64,000 nucleotides of DNA from Microgenomates group bacterium GW2011_GWF2_46_18 (GTDB lineage Bacteria; Patescibacteriota; Microgenomatia; UBA1400; UBA12108). A program made the position numbers and the translations under genes. The notes under the pieces were generated by a model that saw only the letters and a program-made list of their open reading frames with translations, did no database searches and was not told the DNA's origin. The DNA lies in assembly GCA_001002415.1 (NCBI GenBank), contig LCMB01000003.1:12489-76488 (forward strand), read 5' to 3'. Shown here piece after piece: positions 9,402-18,702 of this stretch (the stretch's first letter is position 1; each line of letters starts with the position of its first letter).

Positions 9402-9784
9402 TTAGGATAATTCCAGACAAATTTTAGCAAACCGTCATCATCATATTCTTTAACCACAACCCCACCCAGTAAACCCGGAAGGATATTCTCTCCGAACCAT
9501 TTCATTCTTTCGTTTTCTGTCTGGAAATGGTATTCCAGTGGCATACCACGATTTACAGTTTCAACTTTCATCTCACTAATTGCTGCTTCATATAGGGCAG
9601 TTGTTTCACCCTCATGTTTTAATCCACGCCCCGTACTAACAATATCCATGTGTGCCATTGTTTCATCAGGCAGGGATACCAAAAATAACCTGAGAATTTT
9701 TCCAAGACCCGTAAAGTCAATCTCCGTCATTTCCGCCATACCTGAATCAACTACTTGTCTAGTAATCTCGTGTTGAAAAAACAT
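9398..9784 (-). CDS. Hypothetical protein (island cassette)
   Basis: 128-aa ORF, protein-like composition, no recognisable motif. Confidence 0.45.
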   Translation of the reverse strand: MFFQHEITRQVVDSGMAEMTEIDFTGLGKILRLFLVSLPDETMAHMDIVSTGRGLKHEGETTALYEAAISEMKVETVNRGMPLEYHFQTENERMKWFGENILPGLLGGVVVKEYDDDGLLKFVWNYPN

Positions 9785-9844
9785 TCTCCCATTATAAGCC
9801 TAATATCAACCCCTCAGCTCCGACCAAATACAAATCACAAATAG

Positions 9845-10219
9845 TTATTTTTGAGATAACCTCTGAACTGACTGAATTAGCCACTTCATTCCGTCTTCTT
9901 CCACCGCCTGCTTTGCTAAATAAGCGTCGCCAAAATGATAGTTACTATATGAAAAAGCTAGCGTTCTAATCCCCGGAAACGCATTTCTCAACATTTCCTC
10001 TATGTCTCGCCCCCTACCAGCAAAGCCATCAATCACGGCTAAGGCGGCCACAATATTCTGCGCTTGTAACTCCGCTATCTTCCGATTAGTCTCACCCCGC
10101 GAACTCGCCTCCCACACCGTATAACCAGCTTCTTTTAGTGTTTGTACAGCACCAATAATCAAGGGAGATACATCGATATCATCATCCACAAACACCAAAT
10201 GTTCTTTGTTCGCCGTCAT
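9845..10219 (-). CDS. Stand-alone response-regulator receiver (CheY-like) domain protein
   Basis: HLVFVDDD acidic pocket, then a later conserved D and a K-containing segment, in a ~125-aa length typical of REC domains. Confidence 0.5.
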   Translation of the reverse strand: MTANKEHLVFVDDDIDVSPLIIGAVQTLKEAGYTVWEASSRGETNRKIAELQAQNIVAALAVIDGFAGRGRDIEEMLRNAFPGIRTLAFSYSNYHFGDAYLAKQAVEEDGMKWLIQSVQRLSQK

Positions 10220-10299
10220 GTAAATATTGTAAATCAATAGTCAATATCAACAAATCAACTACGGAAAAACACTCCTCTCCCCAAATAAGTAGGTTCCAA

Positions 10300-10344
10300 C
10301 ATCTTCCACCAGTCCCTGCAGTAATATATTTTGATATATTCAAC
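10300..10344. repeat. Palindromic intergenic repeat R2 (ccaccagtccCTGCAGTAATATATTTTGATATATTCAAc)
   Basis: Same core as R1; shares the ccaccagtcc extension with R3. Confidence 0.7.
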
Positions 10345-10939
10345 TAACCAAACTCTTCTTCCAAACTGGTGCATCGCCATCTTTCCCAAAATAACCTATT
10401 GCTACACCAACTCTTTGATATCCGGGCAATTTATCATAAAAACCCCACCCTGTATCCCGATATCTCGGACCACTATTCAACACGACCTCCGTATACCCTT
10501 GAACAACGGCGGCCTGTTCAAGCATCCCCACAAGAGCTCTCCCAACCCCCTTGCCACCTCTCTGCTTCGGGTCAACATACGCATTTACCAACTCTACAGG
10601 CTTATCTGTTTGAAGAAAATCTAACGCCAACATCCTTGAATCTGGTGGCCTCATACCAATAACCCCCACAACTTCACCCTTAACACCAACCGCTGTAAAA
10701 TACCGATAATCATTCAGTCTATTTACGCTGTCCTCCATTAGTTGTAAATCTTCCAACACTTCCTCTGGTAATGGTTGGCCAGTATCTCTACTCTTCACCC
10801 AATGTTCCAAAATTGGCTTAAGTTGAACCAAATCACCCATTTCTAATGGACGCACAAACCCTCCGAAACTTACAGTTTCATCCTTTGTTCTTCTTTCGTT
10901 ATTAGGACTCATACAAGTATATTTTACCCTAATAGGCAA
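10340..10939 (-). CDS. GNAT family N-acetyltransferase
   Basis: VELVNAYVDPKQRGGKGVGRALV matches the acetyl-CoA binding motif A (Q/R-x-x-G-x-G/A). Confidence 0.6.
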   Translation of the reverse strand: MPIRVKYTCMSPNNERRTKDETVSFGGFVRPLEMGDLVQLKPILEHWVKSRDTGQPLPEEVLEDLQLMEDSVNRLNDYRYFTAVGVKGEVVGVIGMRPPDSRMLALDFLQTDKPVELVNAYVDPKQRGGKGVGRALVGMLEQAAVVQGYTEVVLNSGPRYRDTGWGFYDKLPGYQRVGVAIGYFGKDGDAPVWKKSLVS

Positions 10940-10982
10940 TAATCAATTTTAGTAAATCATTTTAGGCACCCTCCACCAGTCC

Positions 10983-11017
10983 CGGCAAATATATCAAAGC
11001 GTATCAATTTTTTCTCT
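10983..11017. repeat. Intergenic repeat R3, inverted-orientation member (ccaccagtcccGGCAAATATATCAAAGCGTATCAA)
   Basis: Carries the reverse complement of the TTTGATATATT core. Confidence 0.65.
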
Positions 11018-11054
11018 AATGAATTTTTGTGTTACTTTTTGATAAAATCATCAC

Positions 11055-11411
11055 ATGGCAGACAAAGAGGTAAAGACGTTTGACACTATGGAAAAAGCCA
11101 TTAAGTCAAAAAAGAGATTATTAGACTCGGACTATGTCAAGTTGAATTTTATCGCTCTGGGAAATTTACAGAAGAAAACAATGTTAATTTTGCGAGAGCA
11201 AAACTTAGTTATTGTTGTTTTGTTCTTGTTATCTTGGTTCAAGGTTGAAGTTATATCAATAATAACCAATATCGCAACATGGACTTACGACTATGTTAAA
11301 TTTGCAGTTGAGGGATTTAATCAAATTTCGTTAGACACAAAGTATACTTTTCTAGTAGTTACACCAATCTCGCTAGTCATCGGATACATGCTTGGAAATA
11401 AACGAAAATAG
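11055..11411 (+). CDS. Small membrane protein, hypothetical
   Basis: Two hydrophobic helices (LVIVVLFLLSWF and FLVVTPISLVIGYML). Confidence 0.4.
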   Translation: MADKEVKTFDTMEKAIKSKKRLLDSDYVKLNFIALGNLQKKTMLILREQNLVIVVLFLLSWFKVEVISIITNIATWTYDYVKFAVEGFNQISLDTKYTFLVVTPISLVIGYMLGNKRK

Positions 11412-11463
11412 GTTCTGACATTCACCACTAATCTCTGCAGTGATATATTTTGATATAGTTAAC
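11410..11463. repeat. Intergenic repeat R4 (ggttctgacattcaccact...CTGCAGTGATATATTTTGATATAGTTAAC)
   Basis: Core palindrome plus a left extension shared with R6 (13340..13368). Confidence 0.65.
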
Positions 11464-11488
11464 TAATTCTTTGGGGTATAATCTCCCC

Positions 11489-12136
11489 ATGCATATCGAA
11501 AATGAGTGGGTCAAAACTACCCTCGCGGATTTTCTTGAAGCTATTCCCTCGGACTACCCGTACTTTGCTCTGGGATCGTTAGTTCTACTCTCATATACCG
11601 AGAATTTTTATACCAGACCAATACGAGATATTGATCTGATTGGCGACACCCACGGAACTGATAAGCTCGGAGCTGTGTTACTTGATAAGGGATACGCCCA
11701 AAACACATTTATCGATAGTAAATTTCCCCTCGCTCATAAACTACAAGCAATCGGAAAGAAAAAATACCTAAGATTTGAGAAGAATGGTCGAGCCCTTGAA
11801 ATCATGACTTCTAATTTGACGGCCAATGACGGGAGTATTGATGTCGAGCTTTATCCTGGAATAGCGGTCTCAATGTCTGAGTCGGCAGTTCAGAACACAA
11901 GATACCAGGGACTGGAATTCCGAGCTGTATCACCCGAGGCTCTCTTCTGCATTTATAACTTTGGACTAAAAACCTGGGGTACTCTCGTAAAGACACGGAT
12001 AGAACAGAGGCGCCGTGACTTGGCTGCATTACATAAAATCGTCCAGCCCTATGCTCTGACTAGAATCGCAGATAATGTTCATCTAAAAATTGGACGGTCA
12101 AGGATTAAAATTCCAAGCAAACTGATTACTACCTAA
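11489..12136 (+). CDS. Putative nucleotidyltransferase-fold protein
   Basis: FALGSLVLLSYTENFYTRPIRDIDLIGD resembles the minimal NTase motif hG[GS]-x(9-13)-DhD. TATAAT at 11476-11481 makes ATG 11489 the likely start. Confidence 0.35.
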   Translation: MHIENEWVKTTLADFLEAIPSDYPYFALGSLVLLSYTENFYTRPIRDIDLIGDTHGTDKLGAVLLDKGYAQNTFIDSKFPLAHKLQAIGKKKYLRFEKNGRALEIMTSNLTANDGSIDVELYPGIAVSMSESAVQNTRYQGLEFRAVSPEALFCIYNFGLKTWGTLVKTRIEQRRRDLAALHKIVQPYALTRIADNVHLKIGRSRIKIPSKLITT

Positions 12137-12157
12137 ATAAGTTCTCACATCCTCTCC

Positions 12158-12188
12158 TAATCTCTGCAAATATATCAAAGCATATCAC
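12158..12188. repeat. Intergenic repeat R5, inverted-orientation member (tctCTGCAAATATATCAAAGCATATCAC)
   Basis: Reverse complement of the core TTTGATATATT. Confidence 0.6.
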
Positions 12189-12201
12189 TTTATCTAGAAA
12201 T

Positions 12202-13182
12202 CTACCCTATCCAATTAAACAAATACCCCATCAGCATTATCCCCACAATCGTAATCCCAAAGAATGTAGCCAGTAGTTGCCATTTCATCACTTTCTTGAG
12301 GATCAAAGCTTCGGGAATAGACAGAGTGACCGTCGCGGTCATAAACGCGAGCGCTGTCCCTAGTGGTATCCCCTTCCCAATCAGCGCTTCCATCACCGGG
12401 ATTACTCCCACCGAGTTAGCATAGAGTGGAACACCCGAAAGAGTCGCTGCTGGAATGGCCCACCAACTTTTGGTCCCCAGATAACGCTCTATTAAAGTCT
12501 GTGGGATAAATCCATGGATTATCGCCCCTATCGCAACACCTAATAAGACATATGGATAGACTCTTTTAGTTATCTCCCATCCATCACTCCACCACAGTTT
12601 AGCCCTTTCCCCTACACTAAGCTCTACCCCTTCATTTTCTCTTAGTGCCTGTGCCCTATTCTTGAACTTTAGAAGCGAAGATTCCACATACTTCTCCATG
12701 TGCAACCGCCCAATTAGTATTCCCCCAAGGATGCTCACAATTATCCCCACAAGGTTATACAAAGCTGTCACCCGCCAGCCAAACAAGGCAGGAAAAAGTA
12801 AAAGAGAGGCTTCGTTTACCAGTGGCGAACTAATGAGGAAGGTAAAAGTAATACCAAGTGGTATCCCGGCCGACAAGAAACCAATAAACAGGGGGATCGA
12901 CGAACAGGAACAAAATGGGGTAATCACCCCCAGGAGTGCGGCCAACAAGTAATCTAGTCCAAACCATCTCCTCTTAGTGAGCAAATCCCGCACTTTCTCC
13001 ATCGGAAAGTAGTAACGAGTAATCGCCATCACATAATTTATCACTACCAAAAGCAGACCTATCTTGATTGAGTCGTAAATGAAAAAATTTACTGCCTCAC
13101 CCAGATAACTCCCTACCTGAATTCCCAGCCATTGGTGAACAACCGTCTCGGCCAAAATCTGAACTGGACTAAATATGTCCAT
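12202..13182 (-). CDS. DUF318/ArsP-type permease (COG0701)
   Basis: Polytopic membrane protein with the family-typical TPFCSCSSIPLF cysteine motif. Confidence 0.55.
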   Translation of the reverse strand: MDIFSPVQILAETVVHQWLGIQVGSYLGEAVNFFIYDSIKIGLLLVVINYVMAITRYYFPMEKVRDLLTKRRWFGLDYLLAALLGVITPFCSCSSIPLFIGFLSAGIPLGITFTFLISSPLVNEASLLLFPALFGWRVTALYNLVGIIVSILGGILIGRLHMEKYVESSLLKFKNRAQALRENEGVELSVGERAKLWWSDGWEITKRVYPYVLLGVAIGAIIHGFIPQTLIERYLGTKSWWAIPAATLSGVPLYANSVGVIPVMEALIGKGIPLGTALAFMTATVTLSIPEALILKKVMKWQLLATFFGITIVGIMLMGYLFNWIG

Positions 13183-13339
13183 ATATCTTTGCTTTCACTT
13201 TGTTCTTATCCGGAATAAATCCGGTCATTACTATTTTGTGTAGTTTTTGGCAGGTTGGGCACCCTGACCCCAATACTTGAATTTTCATAGGTTATTCTCC
13301 AAACCAAAAATACGCTCAATCTTTGCATTGTGCAACAGG

Positions 13340-13410
13340 TAGGTTCTGACATTCACCACTCATCCCTCCTACATCAAGGCTCCGGCCGGCAAATATCTTG
13401 CTCTCGTGCT
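13340..13410. repeat. Intergenic repeat R6, degenerate (aggttctgacattcaccact ... ggccGGCAAATATcttg)
   Basis: Shares the 19-nt ggttctgacattcaccact with R4 and the GGCAAATAT half-site with R3/R5. Confidence 0.45.
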
Positions 13411-14677
13411 CAATAACTTATATAGTGACATTAGCATGAAAAAAACGAATTTTCTTAGTCTCATCTTGCTCGGTACAGTGATCTTGCTCGCCAGCTTCTT
13501 TAGTATTAAAGATCCCACCCTATATGTGGATGAAACAGTCCACTACAAAGTCATCGAGAACTTTTGTAATCTCAATTTCACCATCCACCCCAATCTCACC
13601 AACATCCCTGCCTACCATGCCATCCTCGGCGGGATTTGTTATCTTGGCTCCTTCATCCTACCTCTTAATTCCATTCACTTTACTCGGATAACTTCCCTTT
13701 TCCTTAGTCTTCTAGGTCTTATTTTTTTCTATCTTCTTGCCAAAAAAATACAGCACAAGACTCCCCTATTCACAGTTCTCCAACTCTTTTTGCTTCCCAT
13801 TGCCTTCCCCTTTTATTTTCTCGTTTACACCGACATCCCCGCCATCGCTCCTATCGCCCTGGCCCTCTTACTCACCCTCAATTACAAATACGCTTGGGCG
13901 GGAATCTTGGTAACTCTCAGTATTGCTTTCCGTCAAAATAATTTCGTCTGGCTCGGATGGCTGGCTCTTACTATTTTCTTTGATGGAATGCTTTTCAAAT
14001 CTAATCTCAAATATCTCTTCCAATATATGCTTCAATATCTTTCGAAAGTTTCTACTTTCATCCTCGGTGCCGTTGCCTTTGTAGGTTTTGTGAAATGGAA
14101 CGGCGGGATCTCTCTGGCGAAAGCCGAAGAATGGGCTCATCCATCTTTTAGTTTCCATCTTGGCAATGTTTATTTGATGTTGGTCCTCTTTACTCTCGCC
14201 TTTTTACCCATAGTTATAGCCACTATCCCCAAAATAAAGCGTATTTGGAATCACAAGTTAATTCTTTCCCTGTTCTTACTGACTTGTGGGCTTATCACTT
14301 ATACTTTTCTCTTCCAATTTAACAATACTCATCCCTACAACCAACACGAATTCGCAGTCCACAATAAAATCTTGGTCCTGATGACCCAATCCTTTGCCAG
14401 TCGTCTAGTTTCTCTCATCCCCATGCTCCTGGCCCTTCTTACCATTTTTTCTACCAAATTCCGCCGACCCCTCTATTATCTGATGTATCCCTTCGCCCTT
14501 CTTTTTGTTCTCCCTTCTTGGCTGATCGAACCGCGCTACTACATAATCCCCTTCTATTTTTATCTTCTGTTTAAAGAGGAAAGTTCCAACCTTACGAAGC
14601 TCTCCCTCATCATTTGGGAACTCATTGGGTCTAGCTTGCTCCTCTATGGAACTCTCAACAAACTCCTCTTACCCTAA
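13406..14677 (+). CDS. GT-C fold membrane glycosyltransferase (ArnT/PMT GT39/83-like)
   Basis: About 11 predicted TM helices. First loop has YVDETVHY (the DE-x-x-Y motif of GT39/83). Confidence 0.45.
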   Translation: MLNNLYSDISMKKTNFLSLILLGTVILLASFFSIKDPTLYVDETVHYKVIENFCNLNFTIHPNLTNIPAYHAILGGICYLGSFILPLNSIHFTRITSLFLSLLGLIFFYLLAKKIQHKTPLFTVLQLFLLPIAFPFYFLVYTDIPAIAPIALALLLTLNYKYAWAGILVTLSIAFRQNNFVWLGWLALTIFFDGMLFKSNLKYLFQYMLQYLSKVSTFILGAVAFVGFVKWNGGISLAKAEEWAHPSFSFHLGNVYLMLVLFTLAFLPIVIATIPKIKRIWNHKLILSLFLLTCGLITYTFLFQFNNTHPYNQHEFAVHNKILVLMTQSFASRLVSLIPMLLALLTIFSTKFRRPLYYLMYPFALLFVLPSWLIEPRYYIIPFYFYLLFKEESSNLTKLSLIIWELIGSSLLLYGTLNKLLLP

Positions 14678-14684
14678 ACTTCAC

Positions 14685-15200
14685 CTATCGCTCCCAACGA
14701 AAATACCCATTCCCTCCCCCTCTGCCCGGTAATCTCCAATTCTGCCCCTCCACTTGCTGATAAAAACGTCTCATCGGTCCCTGGCGAGACAATCTATCGT
14801 TTAACCCCAAATAGTCCACCAAACCAGCCGCCAAAATAATTGCTACCACAAATCCACCGATCACCAGCCAGATGTTTTTCTTATAAACACAATCAAATTT
14901 CTTGAGTAACTTTATCCCCAAAACAATTCCTCCAATCGCCAATATTGGAACCCACCAAGGGAAATTATTGAGCATCAACTGCAACTTCCACTGCCCCATC
15001 GGTCCGTGCTGACGCAGCAAAAACCAGGTGAGATTCACCAGAAATATTGCTCCCACGGATAAGCCCGCAAGTCCCCCAACCAATAACACCGAACCCAACA
15101 CAAAATACCAGCGCGGTTTCATGGCAATCTCGTTGGACTCCACTTTGGCCATGATGGCTTTCTTCAGATCAATTGGCTTTACTTTTGCTGTTTTTGACAT
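14685..15200 (-). CDS. Putative membrane anti-sigma factor
   Basis: Overlaps the 3' end of the ECF sigma gene by 22 nt; a cytoplasmic N-terminus is followed by several TM helices. Confidence 0.4.
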   Translation of the reverse strand: MSKTAKVKPIDLKKAIMAKVESNEIAMKPRWYFVLGSVLLVGGLAGLSVGAIFLVNLTWFLLRQHGPMGQWKLQLMLNNFPWWVPILAIGGIVLGIKLLKKFDCVYKKNIWLVIGGFVVAIILAAGLVDYLGLNDRLSRQGPMRRFYQQVEGQNWRLPGRGGGNGYFRWER

Positions 15201-15727
15201 AATGCTTTCATGATTCCTTTGGCACGGCTAACCCTCGTTCCAACCGTCCCAATGGGAATTCGTAATATATCACTAATTTCCTCATACGATTTTTCCTCTA
15301 GATAAAACAGCGACAACGGCTCCTTATAAATGAGCGGCATCTGCTCTAAACAGCGATGGGTGTGAGTAAGTAGCTCCTTTTTCACAAACTCAGCCTCCAA
15401 ATCCACCCCGCTTGCAAACTCCATTTTATCTCCAATTGTCTGATGTTTTTTTTGTTTATGTAGCATATTCATCGCTTCGTTGTGGACAATTCTGTATACC
15501 CAACTGGAAAATTTTTTCTTCGTATCAAAACTATGGAGATTAACATACGCTTTGATCAATCCCTCTTGCACCACATCAGCTCCCTTGTGGTCATCTCCCA
15601 TGATGTTGCTGGCATACCTCATTAGCTTATCCTGGTATCGTTTAATAATCTCTGCATACATTTCTTTATTCGAGCTTCGCACAATCTCGATTACTTCTTC
15701 GTCGGATAATTTGGCTGTCTGACTCAT
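15179..15727 (-). CDS. ECF-type RNA polymerase sigma factor
   Basis: Region 2 (FSSWVYRIVHNEAMNMLHK) and region 4 HTH (LSLFYLEEKSYEEISDILRIPIGTVGTRVSRAK). Confidence 0.7.
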   Translation of the reverse strand: MSQTAKLSDEEVIEIVRSSNKEMYAEIIKRYQDKLMRYASNIMGDDHKGADVVQEGLIKAYVNLHSFDTKKKFSSWVYRIVHNEAMNMLHKQKKHQTIGDKMEFASGVDLEAEFVKKELLTHTHRCLEQMPLIYKEPLSLFYLEEKSYEEISDILRIPIGTVGTRVSRAKGIMKALCQKQQK

Positions 15728-15814
15728 AGTTATTACACTTAGTATAACGCTTCACAACTGCCGACACCTCACTCATATCATCTGGGTGAGGCGTCAGCTA
15801 TTTTAGAAATATGG

Positions 15815-16189
15815 TTAACGATTAGTTCTTCCATATCCCATTCCTTGACCCATTCCTGAGCCATTACGGAGTCCGAGTCCTAGTTCTGCTCGGATCTTAT
15901 TGGCTTCTTCGGTGTTACCCTGTTTAGCCAATTCGTGAGCCTCGGCGAACCTGGCAAAGTTGTCAGCATTCACCACTTGAGTTACTCTACCACGGCCTGC
16001 CATTTGCTCTTTCCAAGCATTGTAATCTTTATTGGTAAATGCTTGCTCCATCGCAGCATGGCGCTCTTCGGTATAGTTAGGACCCGTTACGTTGGGATCC
16101 CCTCTATAAGCCTGGACAGCCTGAGGAGCGATAATTACGCCCCCAACAATCAAAGCCGTCAATCCAAATAGTATTGATGTCTTGTTCAT
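15815..16189 (-). CDS. Small secreted protein, hypothetical
   Basis: Signal peptide MNKTSILFGLTALIVGGVIIAPQAVQA; Gly/Met-rich C-terminus. Confidence 0.45.
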   Translation of the reverse strand: MNKTSILFGLTALIVGGVIIAPQAVQAYRGDPNVTGPNYTEERHAAMEQAFTNKDYNAWKEQMAGRGRVTQVVNADNFARFAEAHELAKQGNTEEANKIRAELGLGLRNGSGMGQGMGYGRTNR

Positions 16190-16325
16190 ATCTTTTCACC
16201 CCCTTTCAAAATTCAAATTGTGTTATCTACTAGTAGTACCGCAAACAGGTCTATTTTCTTTCACCCACCTTTACCGGATTATTCTTGAATATTTCCCTAT
16301 TTGTGCTACACTAACCCCATAAACG

Positions 16326-16359
16326 CCTCGTCTATGCTCCGGCTCGACGAGGTTTTTTT
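16326..16359 (+). promoter_or_regulatory. Hairpin with T-run; extended -10 TGcTATAAT (16362-16370) lies 6 nt upstream of the NYN gene ATG
   Basis: CCTCGTC-tatgctccggct-GACGAGG followed by TTTTTTT; TATAAT at 16365-16370; ATG at 16377. Confidence 0.35.
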
Positions 16360-16376
16360 ATTGCTATAATCAAGAT

Positions 16377-16964
16377 ATGTCCAAAACTATTCTCTACATC
16401 GATGGTGAAAACATCAAACACTACCTCAAACTGGTCCTCAAAAATGCGCAGATTCCAGTGAAACAACACAACCTGGAAAATTTCGCCTACTCCACCCTTT
16501 TCGCCCAAGTCCTCAAAGGTCTTGATCTGGCCGAACAGCGTTATTACTCCGCCAAAATTCGCTACCACGCCGAGCAGCAAGCCAAATCCAAAGAACTCAT
16601 TCTCAAACAACGTGTCCAGAAAAGTAGTTTGGAAAAGCAGGGAATCAAAGTCATTATGGGCGGCAATGTTCGCCCTCAAGAAGTAACCGTTAACGGCAAA
16701 AAGACTACCGTTTTCCACGAAAAAGGTGTCGATGTCCAAATTGCGGTAGATTTAATTACCGACGCTCTCGACAAAACCATTACTACCGCCGTTCTCTGTA
16801 GCTCCGATTCCGACCTGCAACCAGCCGTCCAGGAACTCAAACAACGGGGAGTGGAAATCATCTATCTTGGTTTCGAAATTAGTCCCAACAAAGGCCTCTC
16901 CTACACTACCAACCGGACTATTCTCATCCGTAATTCCGAGGTCTTAGATATCTATCGTTCCTAA
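16377..16964 (+). CDS. NYN (LabA-like, PIN-related) domain protein
   Basis: ILYIDGENI, then EKGVDVQIAVDLITDA and LCSSDSDL, match the conserved acidic NYN/LabA motifs. Confidence 0.6.
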   Translation: MSKTILYIDGENIKHYLKLVLKNAQIPVKQHNLENFAYSTLFAQVLKGLDLAEQRYYSAKIRYHAEQQAKSKELILKQRVQKSSLEKQGIKVIMGGNVRPQEVTVNGKKTTVFHEKGVDVQIAVDLITDALDKTITTAVLCSSDSDLQPAVQELKQRGVEIIYLGFEISPNKGLSYTTNRTILIRNSEVLDIYRS

Positions 16965-17055
16965 CTCAATTTCCCACCACACATTGCATATGCAATCCTA
17001 TAACTTGCATTCTAGGGTATAATTTCTAGCGTTTATATTAACTATTCAATTAACT

Positions 17056-18666
17056 ATGTCCCACAGCCAGCCAGAAATTCCCCCCATCGAAGGTCTCCTT
17101 CAAGCAGAAAGACCCGACCCAGACATTTTTCAAGACCAACCGCAGAACTGGACAGAACGCCTTGTCCCTGGTTTTCTGGCTGTTCTTCGAGGTATTGGGA
17201 TTGATTATCAGCCCCACATCCCCTCACTCAATTTTAAGGATTTAACTGCTGCCCACGAACATAATCCTTCTGAACTTCAGAAAATCAAAAAGAATTACCT
17301 TGGTGATCTCATCCAAGCTCGCTCTCATCGCGGAATCGGCACTCCCCTTAAAGCTATGGTTCAATATCTCCTCCAACCATCTAACGGCAACATTGAAACC
17401 CTGGGTGATCCCAACACCTGGGTTCTAGATCCTCTCGATTCTGAATCATGTTTGGCCGTAGTGAAATTACTTCTCGAAATTCAACAAAAAACCAATATCT
17501 GGATCGGTTTTGCGAAGCCCGAAGACTGGACCGATCCATGGAGTACTAAAAAAAACCAGCGTCCGCCTCTCCTTGGTCACGAACCAGATCCCATTTATGG
17601 TCGACGTAACCCCATTCGTTCTCTCCAAGATTTTCAGGATTATCTCCTAATTGCCAGAGAAATAGTAAAACAGGAGAGAATTGACCAACTCTCCCTCAAA
17701 CTCGCCCGAGCCCACAACTCTCAATTTGACAGCTTACTAACTCAAGAAAAACAACAACTTATCCAAAATCAAACCAACGAAGCCTCACGTCTCATCGAAC
17801 AAGTTTATTCCAAGACCATGAGATGGCGTGAGCTTAATGAGTTGCTTGCCAAATTAAATCAGCCCCCCTTAGAAAAATATGATCATAGTCTAATTAAAAT
17901 TTTTCCTCAAGATAACCCTGCCTACCAAAACGGGGACATCATGCTCACAGAAAGCGGAATCGAAATAGAGTTTTCAGAACATCAATTTACCCATCGTGGA
18001 ACAGAGACCAAACCACAAAAAGCCCGGCTCACCCTCATGCTTTCCCCCTCTGGGCAACTTATCATTATCGGCGATCAGCAACATCTTCCTTATCTTTATC
18101 CCATAATCCAAAGCCGCCACCTACTCGAGCTTCTAGACAAAAAAGTTCTTCCCAAATTCACCTCATCGTATTATGAAATAGAAATTATGCTCGAACTAGG
18201 TCTTCCAACTCACGACATAAATCCCTCCAATCTCGAATCTGCCATGCGAGGTGGAAAAATTGCCTTTGTTGTCGACATGATCGCCGGTAAACATCAACTT
18301 TGTCCTAACGGTCAAACAAAAACTCCATCCCCCAGTTTAACTCCATACCTCGTCCACCTAAATTCCGACACCCTTATTAATTCCTGTACGATTCTTCCCT
18401 CCTCTGTTAGAGATATGATCGAAACACACAATTATTTACCTTCCCTCTATCAACTTCTCAACAACTGCCAAGCTGATCCGTCTAAACTAACCCAACAAGA
18501 CGTTGATAACGCCAAAGCTCTCCTTGCTTTCAAGGATCAATGGGTCAATCAGTTTCCTCTCCCGCCCTCACTCCTTTCAACTCTTAAAGAAATTATTACC
18601 TATGGCCGTCCTCTTTCCAATCCTTGGCGATCCATCGTAATTTTAGAACAGCGTCTAAAAATCTAG
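17056..18666 (+). CDS. Hypothetical protein (536 aa)
   Basis: Long clean ORF with no recognisable motif. Confidence 0.5.
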   Translation: MSHSQPEIPPIEGLLQAERPDPDIFQDQPQNWTERLVPGFLAVLRGIGIDYQPHIPSLNFKDLTAAHEHNPSELQKIKKNYLGDLIQARSHRGIGTPLKAMVQYLLQPSNGNIETLGDPNTWVLDPLDSESCLAVVKLLLEIQQKTNIWIGFAKPEDWTDPWSTKKNQRPPLLGHEPDPIYGRRNPIRSLQDFQDYLLIAREIVKQERIDQLSLKLARAHNSQFDSLLTQEKQQLIQNQTNEASRLIEQVYSKTMRWRELNELLAKLNQPPLEKYDHSLIKIFPQDNPAYQNGDIMLTESGIEIEFSEHQFTHRGTETKPQKARLTLMLSPSGQLIIIGDQQHLPYLYPIIQSRHLLELLDKKVLPKFTSSYYEIEIMLELGLPTHDINPSNLESAMRGGKIAFVVDMIAGKHQLCPNGQTKTPSPSLTPYLVHLNSDTLINSCTILPSSVRDMIETHNYLPSLYQLLNNCQADPSKLTQQDVDNAKALLAFKDQWVNQFPLPPSLLSTLKEIITYGRPLSNPWRSIVILEQRLKI

Positions 18667-18702
18667 ATTGCATAAATAGGTAAAACCTAATATGCTTACC
18701 CC

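Noticed and set aside
16332-16739. 135-aa antisense ORF overlapping the NYN gene
   Set aside because: Antisense to a gene with clear NYN motifs. Low-complexity F/G-rich translation.
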